Shown: in pieces, positions 9,063 to 19,006 of the stretch
How positions within the stretch are numbered: position 1 is the first letter of the stretch
Layout: the number at the start of each line of letters is the position of its first letter
From: a virus
Taxonomy: Duplodnaviria; Caudoviricetes
Reading direction: 5' to 3' (one strand)
IMG/VR virus record: IMGVR_UViG_3300014969_000016
Span: 1-64,000 of that record
Length of the DNA stretch: 64,000 bases
The notes under the pieces: model-generated
Database searches by the model: none
What the model was told of the DNA's origin: nothing
The model's input: only the letters and a program-made list of their open reading frames with translations
Program-made: the position numbers and the translations under genes

Positions 9063-10555
9063 GCGTCCCTCGCAGCATTCGATTGCGGATTGTTCTGCGC
9101 GTTGTAGTTCATGTCGCCACCAACGGGCATCGGGCGCACGCAGAAGTAGGGACTGGAAGGCATGGAGGCATCACGCAGGCCGACCTGGACACCGCTGCGG
9201 GGGTGGGAGCTAGCCGCTTCGAAGCACTTGATCCCGTTTCCGGAGAAGGAGTCGAAGAAGCGGATGTGTCCGGGCTTGATGATGATGTCGCCGTACTGCA
9301 GGTCGGAGGAGTTGATCCTCTGCACGTTCTTGTAGTTGTTGGACTCCCAGTGGCTGATGATGGCGTGCGTACCTGGGTATCCACTCCCGAAGATCTGATC
9401 AGAGATACCGATGGCGTGGTACGCCGCTTCCACCAGACCCGAGCAGTCGGCCGACGTGGGAAGGTTGTACCTGGCCGCACCAGTGTCTGCACCGCTGTAG
9501 CGGGTCTGTCCTTCGACCACGTGGGCCTTGGCCCAGTTGAGCGCCTGCGCCCTGACGTTGGCACCAGCGGTGTTGGCGATGCCAGCTTGGGTGGCGTACG
9601 CCGCGTCCTGGTTTTCGGGGTCGGCGGCGGCGTTGATCACCAGTTCGTTGACGGTGAGGAACGACTCTCGGTCCTTGAACTCGGAGAAGGGGATCGCCGC
9701 CTCGGCCTGGAACTCCTCGGCCTTGTACTCGGTCATGTCCTTGACCGGCCCCAGGTACACGGCACGCATCGTCAACTGGATCCTCATCCGGACGGGTGTC
9801 ATCCGGTGGGTGAACTTCTCGAAGGTCACACGGGCATTCAGCGGACGGCCCTGCACCGTCAGTTGCGGTGAGAACACGACCGTGATGTCACGGGGGTTGA
9901 CCATCATCACGCCGTTGTCCGGTATTGTGTTAGCAGGAGCGCTGGCGGGGTCGGGGAAGACGTTGCGAACCACCATGTCGAAGAACTGGTAGTCCACGAA
10001 GACACCGGGGTGGTTGGGGTCGGCTGCTTCTTCCTGGCGGTCGAAGAACAGTTCGAAGGAGAAGTCCAGGATGCTGGGCGGGGCCACCAGGTTGCCCGAC
10101 TGGTACACGGTGTTGAACGGGTCCAGCGCACCCTGGTCCAGGTACGACACGTAGTCCCTGGAGATGATCTCCGGGTTGTACATGAAGTAGAGCCGAGCCT
10201 CGGACATGGGCTTGCCCGTCTCACGCTGTGCTCTGCGGATGTACCCCCGCAAGATCCGTGCCGGGTAGTGGACACCTCCCACACTGGAGTCGGTCAGGGC
10301 CAGCGATGGGTGCAGCCGACCGGCCGCACCGCTGGCGAATGGCGGGTTGGATCGGTTCCCGGTGACGATGTCGCCTGATTGAAACCACTCATAGGCGAAG
10401 TTCTGCTGCAGTTGATCCTGGGTCATCCCAGTACCCGGCATGAACGCTGTAGGGATGTCGGCACGGTTGTAGGCCGGTGCTGTCGTCCACCCGTACGGCT
10501 TGGTGGCCAGGCCGGAAGGTCGGAAGGCGTTCTTGATGTTGTACTGGTACGCCAT
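9059..10555 (-). CDS. Tail tube initiator-like protein fused to a C-terminal NlpC/P60 peptidase
   Basis: N-terminal FMYNPE...FSFELFFDR; C-terminal ADCSGLV...GDIIIKPGHI catalytic Cys/His motif. Confidence 0.75.
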   Translation of the reverse strand: MAYQYNIKNAFRPSGLATKPYGWTTAPAYNRADIPTAFMPGTGMTQDQLQQNFAYEWFQSGDIVTGNRSNPPFASGAAGRLHPSLALTDSSVGGVHYPARILRGYIRRAQRETGKPMSEARLYFMYNPEIISRDYVSYLDQGALDPFNTVYQSGNLVAPPSILDFSFELFFDRQEEAADPNHPGVFVDYQFFDMVVRNVFPDPASAPANTIPDNGVMMVNPRDITVVFSPQLTVQGRPLNARVTFEKFTHRMTPVRMRIQLTMRAVYLGPVKDMTEYKAEEFQAEAAIPFSEFKDRESFLTVNELVINAAADPENQDAAYATQAGIANTAGANVRAQALNWAKAHVVEGQTRYSGADTGAARYNLPTSADCSGLVEAAYHAIGISDQIFGSGYPGTHAIISHWESNNYKNVQRINSSDLQYGDIIIKPGHIRFFDSFSGNGIKCFEAASSHPRSGVQVGLRDASMPSSPYFCVRPMPVGGDMNYNAQNNPQSNAARDA

Positions 10556-13500
10556 CAGTTGTTCCTCAGCATCCGGGTGCGCATCTCGTCCTCAAGGTGG
10601 TCAGCGATCATCGTCACGGTGCGGCGCATGTCGATGCCGCCCTGTTGGCCGCTGTTGCCGCCGCTGATCTGGAACGTGTTGTTGAACACCAGCGAGTTGC
10701 TGTTCGTGTGTTGGTCCACCGCCGACGAGTAGTAGTGGGCCGACGATCCGGTATCACCCAGGGTGAAGGGCCGTGTCTCTTGTGATACCGGTGTAATCTC
10801 CGCTCCGTAGTCGAGATCGCCCAGTCCTGCCTGGGCAACGAGCTTCGCCGCCCTGGTCTGATCGGTGCTTTCGAAGGGGCTGGCGAACCCGCCGTGGATG
10901 CTGTGAGTCCTGTTGTCGGTGTTGTCGGAGTTGGCCCAACCAGGACGGAGGGGCAAGCCCCAGTAAGCGCTCTGCTTGCTGAAGTTCCACGTCATGAAGT
11001 TGCCCGAGTCGTGGTAGATGTCATAGGCGACGTTGGCGTTCTTCTGGATGTCCAGCAGATCATTAGCGGAGTAGCCCATGGAGGCGATCCGGTCCCTGTG
11101 GGCCTTCCTGTTGATCTGCATCAACCCCTTGTCTTCGCCGTTGGGGTTCGCAGCATCAGGCCTCCACGATGACTCACGACCGGCGATACCGGTGGCCTTC
11201 ACCAAGGCGTCTCCCGTGAACCCAGCGTTGTGTAAGGCACGGGCTGCCTGCATACCTGCTGCATCGGTACCGGCCGAACCACCGCTACTGATGGCACCAT
11301 TAGGAAGCGTCGCACCGTAGGGGGTAGTGGTGGTGGGGTCGTAAGCGCCCGCAGACCCAAAGGGGTTCAGACCACTGCCTGCGTTCTGCCGGTACCACTC
11401 GGTGGAGCCGTAGGCAGGAGACGAGATCACACTGGTGTTGGCTTGCCCGCCTGTTGAGATACCGTGAGTCCTGGAGTAGTTGAGGAACTTCTCGTAGACG
11501 TTGATCGGTGCCAGACCGGCAGCGTTCGTGGCGGCAGTCGCGTCGTCACTGACAATCGCACCCTGCATCATGTTCAGCAGCGTGGTGACGAGGCCAGCAA
11601 TGGCCGGGATCTGCTCATCCGGACCACGACCAGCGATCATCGTCTTCAGGTCTTTGCCGATGTCGAACACGCCCAGGAAGTCCTTGGCGAACTCCTCCAG
11701 GAAGTCTCCGATACCCGACTCAGGATCGCCCATGCCGACGTGCCACGGCTCGCCCATGTTGGCACCGGAGTGCAGGCCGAACTTGGAGGCGTTGGCCTGG
11801 ATCCATCCGTACTCGCTGGACGGGCCGAGGTCGGCTGCCATCCCACGGGTGTGCGCCGAGGGCTTGCCCGACACCTTGCCGACACCACGCTTCTTGAGCC
11901 GCTGCTGCATGGCGTTGTCACGCAGACCGGAGTTGACCTTCAGCCTGGGGTTGGCAGCCAGCATGTCGCCAACCTTGCGGCGCATGTCCGGATGCAGACC
12001 GGCTACCCCTGTACCACCGGTATCGGTGTACATGTCACCAATGTCTCCGGTGGGGAAGTCGTCGGTGGTAGCGATGTCCTGGGCAAGCTGTTGCCACTCA
12101 GTGGCCTGCGTACTGACATTGGGATCTTGGTGCGCTATCGCATAGTTCAGCGACGCCGCCTTCTCGCTGTCAGACAGGTCATGTTTTGCTACCTCTGCCA
12201 GCATCCACCTCCGCAAGCTGTCCGGACCACCAGCGCCCGCCTCCTGCGGAGTTTGTGCGTTCGGTACGTTAATGTTGCTGGTCGAAGGGGGCGGGTTCGG
12301 CATGATGCCGCCGCCAGGTTGGCTGGGATCCAATACATCAGCCGTTATGTCAGTGCCACCACCGAACAGCCCGCCGTAGCCCAGTACTCCACCAGCCAGC
12401 GCCCCACCGGTACCGGAGCGCTCCAAGAACTGCATCATCAACTGCTCGACGGTGTCGGGCAGGAACTGCATGAAGTTGAGGTTGCCGCTGCCCATCGCGC
12501 CGGGGAGCAGTTGGGTGAGGAAGTCCGAGAACGTCTGGTTGAACCACTGGTTGGCCTGCTCCTTGTTGGAGTAGGCACCTGACATCAGGCTGGCCAGGTC
12601 GAACTGGCCCGTTGTCATAGCAGTGGTCGCCTGGAGGCGGTTCCACAGCACGTCGTTCTGCGGCTGGATCTCGATCTTGGCGTCGGTGGTCTTCTTGGTG
12701 CCTGCCGTCTTCTTGAGGGCGTAGCTCCACCAGTACTCGCGCATCTCCTGGGGCACGCCGTTCAGTTCGAACCAGGCGTCGATGTTCGATCCGGGGAAGT
12801 ACTGGGCCAGCAACTCGCCGTGGCTGAAGCCCTGGCCTCCGGTGCCACCGGTACGCAGACCCTCCAACCAGCGCATGACGGACTCGGCCCACTCGGACAG
12901 TGACTTCTGGCCACCGCCCTGCTTGATCATGCCGAAGGCGCCACCCGTGGTCATCTGAGCTTGCTGCTGGGCCTTGGTGTTGGAGGCAAACCCACCTATG
13001 GTCCCGGCGATCTGCGCCACCGGGGTACCAGGCGTGATCATCTGCGCTTCGCGCACGCCTGCGAAGAAGCCCGCAGCACGGGGAGCGTTGCCCTCTTCGG
13101 TGCCCTGCCAGTTGTACTGCGCTCCGTAGCCGGAAGATCCTGAGTAGAGCGAGAGCAGGTCCGAGATGGTTCCCTGGATCTTGCCGGGGATGTCGGCCAT
13201 CTGGCTGAGGATCCCGTTCGCCCCACCCATCTCGGTGTTGGTGGCGAAGGCCTGACGGCTCATCGCCGCACTGGATGTCAGCGCCGTCTGGCGGTTCGTC
13301 TCCAACTGGGAGCGCATGAAGCGCAACGGGAACATCGCCAGGTTCTTCAGGAAACTGTCGGTGGCCTCTTCGGTCGTGCCACCGAGGCCGACCATGGAGC
13401 CGGTGAGATCGACACCGACAGGAGGCACACCACCGCCACCGCCGCCACCTCCACCGCCCCCTCCACCTCCTGGTGGTGGGTTGTTGGGGTTGTTGCCGCC

Positions 13501-13893
13501 GCCTAGCGCGATCTGTGGACCGGCCGCAGCGATAGCCGCCGAGGCCGAAGCGGTGGCGGCGGCAGCCCATCCCGAACCACCGCCGCCGCCACCGCCACCG
13601 CCACCGTGTACTCCACCGAGAGCACCTGATACACCGGTAACAGCGGATGTCGCAGCAGAAGCGCTCTGCGCGATTTCTGCGAACATCGTGTTGATCGGGT
13701 TGGTGAGCATGTACTTGCTCGACCCGAGGGTGCGCAGTGCTGCGGTCAGCCCACCGAGTGCGCTGGTGACCTCGTTGATCTGTCCTGCCGCCGAGGACAG
13801 CCCCGGCAGGTCCATGTGGACAGCAGAAGAGACGGCCGGGACCAGAGATCTCCCTGCCGCAGGCGGTTCATGCCCTGGGGTGTCATCAGACAC
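10555..13893 (-). CDS. Tape measure protein with M15-like peptidase and lytic transglycosylase domains
   Basis: Follows the chaperone; SGLRD...SAHTRGMAADL...EPWH (M15/D,D-peptidase-like); RESSWRPDAAN...GLMQIN (SLT). Confidence 0.8.
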   Translation of the reverse strand: MSDDTPGHEPPAAGRSLVPAVSSAVHMDLPGLSSAAGQINEVTSALGGLTAALRTLGSSKYMLTNPINTMFAEIAQSASAATSAVTGVSGALGGVHGGGGGGGGGGSGWAAAATASASAAIAAAGPQIALGGGNNPNNPPPGGGGGGGGGGGGGGVPPVGVDLTGSMVGLGGTTEEATDSFLKNLAMFPLRFMRSQLETNRQTALTSSAAMSRQAFATNTEMGGANGILSQMADIPGKIQGTISDLLSLYSGSSGYGAQYNWQGTEEGNAPRAAGFFAGVREAQMITPGTPVAQIAGTIGGFASNTKAQQQAQMTTGGAFGMIKQGGGQKSLSEWAESVMRWLEGLRTGGTGGQGFSHGELLAQYFPGSNIDAWFELNGVPQEMREYWWSYALKKTAGTKKTTDAKIEIQPQNDVLWNRLQATTAMTTGQFDLASLMSGAYSNKEQANQWFNQTFSDFLTQLLPGAMGSGNLNFMQFLPDTVEQLMMQFLERSGTGGALAGGVLGYGGLFGGGTDITADVLDPSQPGGGIMPNPPPSTSNINVPNAQTPQEAGAGGPDSLRRWMLAEVAKHDLSDSEKAASLNYAIAHQDPNVSTQATEWQQLAQDIATTDDFPTGDIGDMYTDTGGTGVAGLHPDMRRKVGDMLAANPRLKVNSGLRDNAMQQRLKKRGVGKVSGKPSAHTRGMAADLGPSSEYGWIQANASKFGLHSGANMGEPWHVGMGDPESGIGDFLEEFAKDFLGVFDIGKDLKTMIAGRGPDEQIPAIAGLVTTLLNMMQGAIVSDDATAATNAAGLAPINVYEKFLNYSRTHGISTGGQANTSVISSPAYGSTEWYRQNAGSGLNPFGSAGAYDPTTTTPYGATLPNGAISSGGSAGTDAAGMQAARALHNAGFTGDALVKATGIAGRESSWRPDAANPNGEDKGLMQINRKAHRDRIASMGYSANDLLDIQKNANVAYDIYHDSGNFMTWNFSKQSAYWGLPLRPGWANSDNTDNRTHSIHGGFASPFESTDQTRAAKLVAQAGLGDLDYGAEITPVSQETRPFTLGDTGSSAHYYSSAVDQHTNSNSLVFNNTFQISGGNSGQQGGIDMRRTVTMIADHLEDEMRTRMLRNN

Positions 13894-14035
13894 GCCGCTT
13901 CTCCATCTTCCAGTTGCCCATCTTCAGCCAGTACTTGCGTTCGCGTGCGTTCAACCCACGGACCTCGTTCAGGGTCCAGCCTGGGTAGAACGTTGAGATA
14001 ACGTCGTAGTTGAGGTACAAGCTCTGTATGTCAGG
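13886..14035 (-). CDS. Tail assembly chaperone C-terminal extension (gpT-like), probably reached by +1 frameshift
   Basis: Short frame DIQSLYLNYDVISTFYPGWTLNEVRGLNARERKYWLKMGNWKMEKRRV* fills the gap between chaperone and tape measure; not in the ORF track. Confidence 0.7.
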   Translation of the reverse strand, partial: PDIQSLYLNYDVISTFYPGWTLNEVRGLNARERKYWLKMGNWKMEKRRV

Positions 14036-14867
14036 GGCGAAAGATGTCCCCCCAGCCGAGGTTCAGGAGTTGTTCGGCCTGGCACACAGCGCACGTGGTG
14101 GTCACCCCCAAGTCAATAGACGGCTGCCGACTGACGAGGTCAGCCAGCAGGGCGCTCCGATCCTTCATGGAGAGCGAGCGGGCAAACCCCATGGGGTCGG
14201 CCACCATCCCTCCGTTGAGCTTGGTGATCACCCGAGACAGGATGATCGTGTTCTGCTCAGCGACCGTGGCGCCCTTGCGCCCGAACGCCTCGCGTTGGTC
14301 TTCACCTGTCACCAACCTGACGACGAGGTCGGCCCCCTTGACCGTCCGGTAGTCGAACACGTCGAGGGACTTGGCCGGGTCGATCTCCTTCGGCTTGAAG
14401 TCCTCGGTCAGCAGCAGTTCGACATCCTGGCGCTCCCGGCACATCGAACAGGTGAACGAGATCGTCTTGGACTCCCCGAACGTCGCGGTGACGATGCCCA
14501 AGAAGAGTTGCTCGCGCTCTCCGATCAGCAGCATCCGCAACCAGGTCTGCCGTTCCGGGATCGGCAGCGACTGGATGTCGAAGTCATCGATGCTGACGGT
14601 GCCGAGGGCGATGACCTGATCGAACAGGTCGTTGCCGTCCTTGGTCCGAGCGAGTACCTCCTCGTCGGATCCGTTCAACTCCCGGAAGGAGGCTTGCTTC
14701 TTGAAGGTTCCGCTCACGTACAGGCCACGGGGAAGGATGATCGTGGTATCCGGTGCCTCTGGAATGAGAGGCACCGGACCCGCGATGGCGTCCTTGGCGG
14801 CTGCGAGCTTCGACTGCTTGTCTTGGACTAGTTGTTCAGACGTGAAGAGGTCATCAACGTCGGTCAC
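14031..14867 (-). CDS. Tail assembly chaperone / baseplate hub assembly protein
   Basis: Between tube and tape measure; RELNGSDEE, two CxxC motifs, ends DIFRP. Confidence 0.75.
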   Translation of the reverse strand: MTDVDDLFTSEQLVQDKQSKLAAAKDAIAGPVPLIPEAPDTTIILPRGLYVSGTFKKQASFRELNGSDEEVLARTKDGNDLFDQVIALGTVSIDDFDIQSLPIPERQTWLRMLLIGEREQLFLGIVTATFGESKTISFTCSMCRERQDVELLLTEDFKPKEIDPAKSLDVFDYRTVKGADLVVRLVTGEDQREAFGRKGATVAEQNTIILSRVITKLNGGMVADPMGFARSLSMKDRSALLADLVSRQPSIDLGVTTTCAVCQAEQLLNLGWGDIFRP

Positions 14868-14897
14868 GATTCATACTCCAGTATCACAATTGGTTGG

Positions 14898-15509
14898 TCA
14901 GAAGCCCTGCGGGCGGGCCACACCGCTGCGCAGGTTGGCAGCGTCGTCGTTGCCGAAGAACACGTCGAAGCCTTCGTGGTGGACCGTCATCTGGTGGATC
15001 AGCACCGAGTTGTCCATGGCATTGAGGCCGTTGAACCCGACGCTGGCAGCCCAGCAGTTGTAGAAGGCGAAGGCGAGCACCGACCCCGAGGTGTCCTTGG
15101 TCGAACCAGAGGCTGGCCCGTCCGTCACCGGGTGGTCGAGGATGCGCACCGCCATGTCGAAGCGGAACTCCTCCCCGAAGCCGATGGTCCCCTGGCCCCA
15201 CTGGACCGAGAACATCTGCTTGGCGAGATTCCACATACCTGGCTTTGTATAGAAGACTCCCGCACTCATAGTGAGGGGGGCGAAATCTGTCTGTCCGGGG
15301 AGCTTGTGTGGGTTGGTATTCCAGCCGCCTTCGCGGTATGGAACCATCTCCGTGTTCATGGAGATCCCCTCCACCGTCATGAAGCCCATCTCTGCGATCT
15401 GCGTCATCATCGCTGCTGACGAGTGGAAGAGTTGGACTTGATACTTGAAGTTGCGGACGGGATCGGCACGAAGTCGAGTCCGTTCCGCAATGCTTGGCAC
15501 TGTGGGCAT
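14898..15509 (-). CDS. Tail tube protein (T4 gp19-like)
   Basis: DPVRNFKY...GF...YREGG...HKLPG...FYNCW...HEGF. Confidence 0.9.
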   Translation of the reverse strand: MPTVPSIAERTRLRADPVRNFKYQVQLFHSSAAMMTQIAEMGFMTVEGISMNTEMVPYREGGWNTNPHKLPGQTDFAPLTMSAGVFYTKPGMWNLAKQMFSVQWGQGTIGFGEEFRFDMAVRILDHPVTDGPASGSTKDTSGSVLAFAFYNCWAASVGFNGLNAMDNSVLIHQMTVHHEGFDVFFGNDDAANLRSGVARPQGF

Positions 15510-15526
15510 GTGTTACTCCTTCCTGC

Positions 15527-17407
15527 CTACGCTGCCGGGACGACTTCGGACGAGAACGTGCCGCGGTCGTACTGGGTGATCCGGATGATCACGAATTCGG
15601 CGGGGTACTGCAGAGCGACCCCGACCTCCATGCGGACTTCGCCAGCGGCGATGACTGATGGAGAGTTGATGGTGTCGTCACAACGGATGTAGTACGCCTC
15701 GTTGGTGTTGGCCCCCTTGAGGCCACCGGCCTCCCACAACGGACGGAGGATGCGATCCGCCGCCATCGTCAGGCTGCTCCACAGGCGCTGGTCGTTGTTC
15801 TCGAAGACCGCGAACTGGGTCGTGCGGCGCAGGACTTCCTTGATGTAGATCAAGGTGCGGCGGGCGCTGATGTAGCGGTCCACCCCGTAGGTCTTGCGAG
15901 TCCGTGCGCCCATCACGCAGATGCCCGCTCCCACCACGGAGCGGATGACGTTGACGTTCTGGCTGTTGAGGTCGCCCAGTTCGGTGTCGGTGAACTTGGT
16001 CTGCACGCCGACAGCGTTGGAGATCGTGGCGATGACACCAGCCGGGGCGCGGAACACGCCGACCGTTGCATCGACACGGGCATGGACGCCCATCACCGCA
16101 CCACCCGGTGGGATGGCCACCACGTCGCCCATCCGCTGGGGATGGGGGATCAGGATCCACGGGCCGTACGACGCCGAGTAGCTATCACCCGTGTTGGTCG
16201 CCAGGGTGGTCGCAATCGTCGTCTTGTAGCCCGCCGAGGTCTGGTTGGGGATCCGGGGCGGGGCCGAGTCGTTGACCACGAACACGTCCTGGCGGTCGGT
16301 GAACACCGTCGAAGGCACGGTGGCCGACACGTAGGTGGTGGCCGTCTGATCGCTGTTGATCTTGGCGATGTCGTTGTGATAGCCGACGATGTTGACCGTG
16401 ACCGGGCCTTCGATCTTGACCACTTGCGAGGTGGCCGAGGTCAGTGCCGAGGCGTCCGGGATGCCGGGATCGATGCCACCAGTCAGGGCGACGGCCGTCG
16501 AGGTGGCAACGGGTTGTCCCTGGATGTCGTTGGAGTCGGTGATCCGGATGTACTGGGAGCCAGACGCCGGGTCGTTGATCACCGTGTCCACACGCCGAGT
16601 GCCGGGGATCTCACCCTTGATCGTCAGCCCCGAGAACGTCTCGACCACTTCGTCGTAGCCCTCGGAGTTGGTGATGATGACCTGCAGGGCGAACACGTTG
16701 TCGGCGTTGGGTGCAACGCCCACCGTGGACTGCGTGGCCAGGTTGTACTTGATCCGGTTGCCCCAGGTACCAGCCGACAGGGCGTTGATCTTGAAGGCTG
16801 CCAACGGGGACTCGGCAGCGTCACCACCGTTGACGGTGATCGTCGCCTTCGTTCCCTGCTGACCGACCACGGTCGGAGCAGCACGGATCACCCAGCAGGC
16901 GCGCCCGCCAGACTGGAAGTACGAGTAGACGCTGAAAGGCAGGTATGACTGCACCTTCGTGATCGGCGGGATCGGTGCGCCGGTACCGGCGAACTTGCCC
17001 GCCACCCACACACCAGCCGCAGTGTGCGGCGTGAAGTTGGCGAACGAACCGTCCGTCAGGGTGACGTACTGACCGGCCGTGAACGCAGCCCCGGAGTACG
17101 GGGTGGCGTACTTGCCGTCGCCGTACGTGGCGTTGGCCTTGATCGCGGCGAGGTTGGCCGGGATCGGAGCGGTCAGTCGTGCGGTGACATCGTTGGGGTC
17201 GATGGCAGCGGGTGGGGTGATTGGAGAGAACCCACCGAAGATCGTCACGTAGTCAGACCACGAATCGATTCGTTGGGGGTCGTTGATCGGACCCTTCTCG
17301 GCAACCCCGACGAAGCAGGCGACGGTGAACGTCGATGCCGTGTCGGATGGGCTGACCAGCAGGCTCTCTTCCAGGTATACGCCTGGCCGTCTGTAGGTGA
17401 TGGGCAT
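15527..17407 (-). CDS. Contractile tail sheath protein
   Basis: RPGVYLEE, GVFRAPAG, GARTRK...RYISARR, FAVFENNDQRLW, PAEFVIIRI. Confidence 0.95.
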   Translation of the reverse strand: MPITYRRPGVYLEESLLVSPSDTASTFTVACFVGVAEKGPINDPQRIDSWSDYVTIFGGFSPITPPAAIDPNDVTARLTAPIPANLAAIKANATYGDGKYATPYSGAAFTAGQYVTLTDGSFANFTPHTAAGVWVAGKFAGTGAPIPPITKVQSYLPFSVYSYFQSGGRACWVIRAAPTVVGQQGTKATITVNGGDAAESPLAAFKINALSAGTWGNRIKYNLATQSTVGVAPNADNVFALQVIITNSEGYDEVVETFSGLTIKGEIPGTRRVDTVINDPASGSQYIRITDSNDIQGQPVATSTAVALTGGIDPGIPDASALTSATSQVVKIEGPVTVNIVGYHNDIAKINSDQTATTYVSATVPSTVFTDRQDVFVVNDSAPPRIPNQTSAGYKTTIATTLATNTGDSYSASYGPWILIPHPQRMGDVVAIPPGGAVMGVHARVDATVGVFRAPAGVIATISNAVGVQTKFTDTELGDLNSQNVNVIRSVVGAGICVMGARTRKTYGVDRYISARRTLIYIKEVLRRTTQFAVFENNDQRLWSSLTMAADRILRPLWEAGGLKGANTNEAYYIRCDDTINSPSVIAAGEVRMEVGVALQYPAEFVIIRITQYDRGTFSSEVVPAA

Positions 17408-17478
17408 GTCGCTCCTTCTGCGATACGTGATGACGACAGAGTGCGACGACGAGTGCTACGAGCCAGGCGGCAGTATCC

Positions 17479-18276
17479 CTAGATTGGTTGGGGGACTTCT
17501 TCCCCTTCGTGGACGATGTGGAAGTACTCGCCCTGGGCATCACGCTGTGATTGCGTGAACGTCTCCAGAGGAGTCGAGTGACCCTTGATGATGGTGTTGT
17601 AGTACTGATCGAACATGTCCCGATCCACCACCGGGATGAGCACCCGGAGAGCCTTGTAGGCCCAGGAGTCGAGGATGCGATCCTGCGGGATCTCGGCCAT
17701 CATCTGGATCGTGTACACCTTGCGGAAGATCCGCTTGGTCCCCGACTCCGTTGTCTCGGAGAGATCTGAGGCGGCGGCTTGCACGAACTCCGTGCGCCGC
17801 CACGTCTCGTCCATCGGGTTCCAGATCCAGAAGGGGCGCACCGGGAAGACATCGGTGCGGAAGATCGACTGCAGGTAGCGGTCGTGCAGAGCGCTGCGGG
17901 CATGCACGGCAACCTGATACATGAGTTTGAACGGCAGGTAGTTGCGGATGTTCCAGTTCTGCGTGGCCCACCCACCAGGCGGTTCTGGTAACTCCGGAGC
18001 GACTGACGGCCGATAGGGCTGCGTCTCGATGTGGTCACTGTGGAACAGGTCGAAGGCCGGTTCGGCCTCCAGCAGGTCGATGGTGAAGAAGGGGTACTTG
18101 ATCTGGCGCTCGCCCTCGGGCCAGCGGAACCACACGCCCACGTCGATGGAGGAGCCGGGGTCACGGCCGGGAACGGTGATGCCGGTCAGGTACTTCTTGA
18201 GCGCCTCGTCCTCCGAGAGCAGGAAGCCCTGGTGGGTGATGATGTCCGGTTCGTCACGGAACGGCCTGATCGCCAT
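17479..18276 (-). CDS. Probable tail terminator/completion protein
   Basis: Immediately upstream of the sheath; EDEALKKYL...YPFFTIDL. Confidence 0.6.
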   Translation of the reverse strand: MAIRPFRDEPDIITHQGFLLSEDEALKKYLTGITVPGRDPGSSIDVGVWFRWPEGERQIKYPFFTIDLLEAEPAFDLFHSDHIETQPYRPSVAPELPEPPGGWATQNWNIRNYLPFKLMYQVAVHARSALHDRYLQSIFRTDVFPVRPFWIWNPMDETWRRTEFVQAAASDLSETTESGTKRIFRKVYTIQMMAEIPQDRILDSWAYKALRVLIPVVDRDMFDQYYNTIIKGHSTPLETFTQSQRDAQGEYFHIVHEGEEVPQPI

Positions 18277-18686
18277 CAGGTGACCTTCGTCAGCTTGGGA
18301 CCACCGACATTCATCTGCGGCCCGTAGACGCTGTCCATGTGGTCTTGCATGGAGCGCGAGGCGTCCTCGGTAGCTGACGACAGGTCACGAAGAATGGGGT
18401 GCGGCGGGCGCTCAGCGTCGCCGTACTCCAGGATCGATGCCTCGGAGGCGAACACGGGATCCTGCACTCCGATGACGAGATGACCGTCCTGGGACCACAA
18501 CGTGATGTTGTCGGCCATGGAGGTCCAGTCCTCGTCGGCCCGAGCCGTATCGACCACCCTCTGGTGGAACACCTGGGCGGCGTTCTCAGCGGCTTCGATA
18601 GAGGTGACCATGAGTCCTTCGACGTAGCGCTGGACGGCGTCCACCCATCCAGCGGCGATCTCGATAGACGCCACACCGGCTCCCAT
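18276..18686 (-). CDS. Probable neck/tail-completion protein
   Basis: Position; LEYG...PPHPILR motif resembling HK97 gp10-like proteins. Confidence 0.5.
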   Translation of the reverse strand: MGAGVASIEIAAGWVDAVQRYVEGLMVTSIEAAENAAQVFHQRVVDTARADEDWTSMADNITLWSQDGHLVIGVQDPVFASEASILEYGDAERPPHPILRDLSSATEDASRSMQDHMDSVYGPQMNVGGPKLTKVT

Positions 18687-18736
18687 GGTCTAGTCAGTTG
18701 AGACACCGACCCGCTTGGCCGCTGTCGATAGCGAGG

Positions 18737-18994
18737 TTACTGCAGTGACCGGATGAAGGCGAGTAATGCCGACACCTTCTCTGCGGTATGGGCATCCATG
18801 GTCACGGTGTAGCCGGTGGGGTGCCCCGTCTCGTTGGTCGTCTCCGGACCCTGGACGAAGACCGAGGTGTCGATCTCGCTGGCCTGGGTGATGATCTCTT
18901 CCAGGATGGAGGTGTTCACCGCCAGGCGTGAAGTGAGGTTGGCAACGTCGATGCCGATGGACTGGATAGCCCGTGCTCCGATGGGGTCGATCAT
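18737..18994 (-). CDS. Hypothetical protein
   Basis: ORF fills the gap; CATAAT lies 6 nt before the ATG. Confidence 0.55.
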   Translation of the reverse strand: MIDPIGARAIQSIGIDVANLTSRLAVNTSILEEIITQASEIDTSVFVQGPETTNETGHPTGYTVTMDAHTAEKVSALLAFIRSLQ

Positions 18995-19006
18995 CGGGCG
19001 ATTATG

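Noticed and set aside
13420-13610. CCG/CCA-rich low-complexity repeat
   Set aside because: Encodes poly-Gly linkers of the tape measure protein.
634-18276. Extracellular contractile injection system or tailocin
   Set aside because: Terminase, portal, scaffold and capsid genes in the same operon indicate a complete phage.
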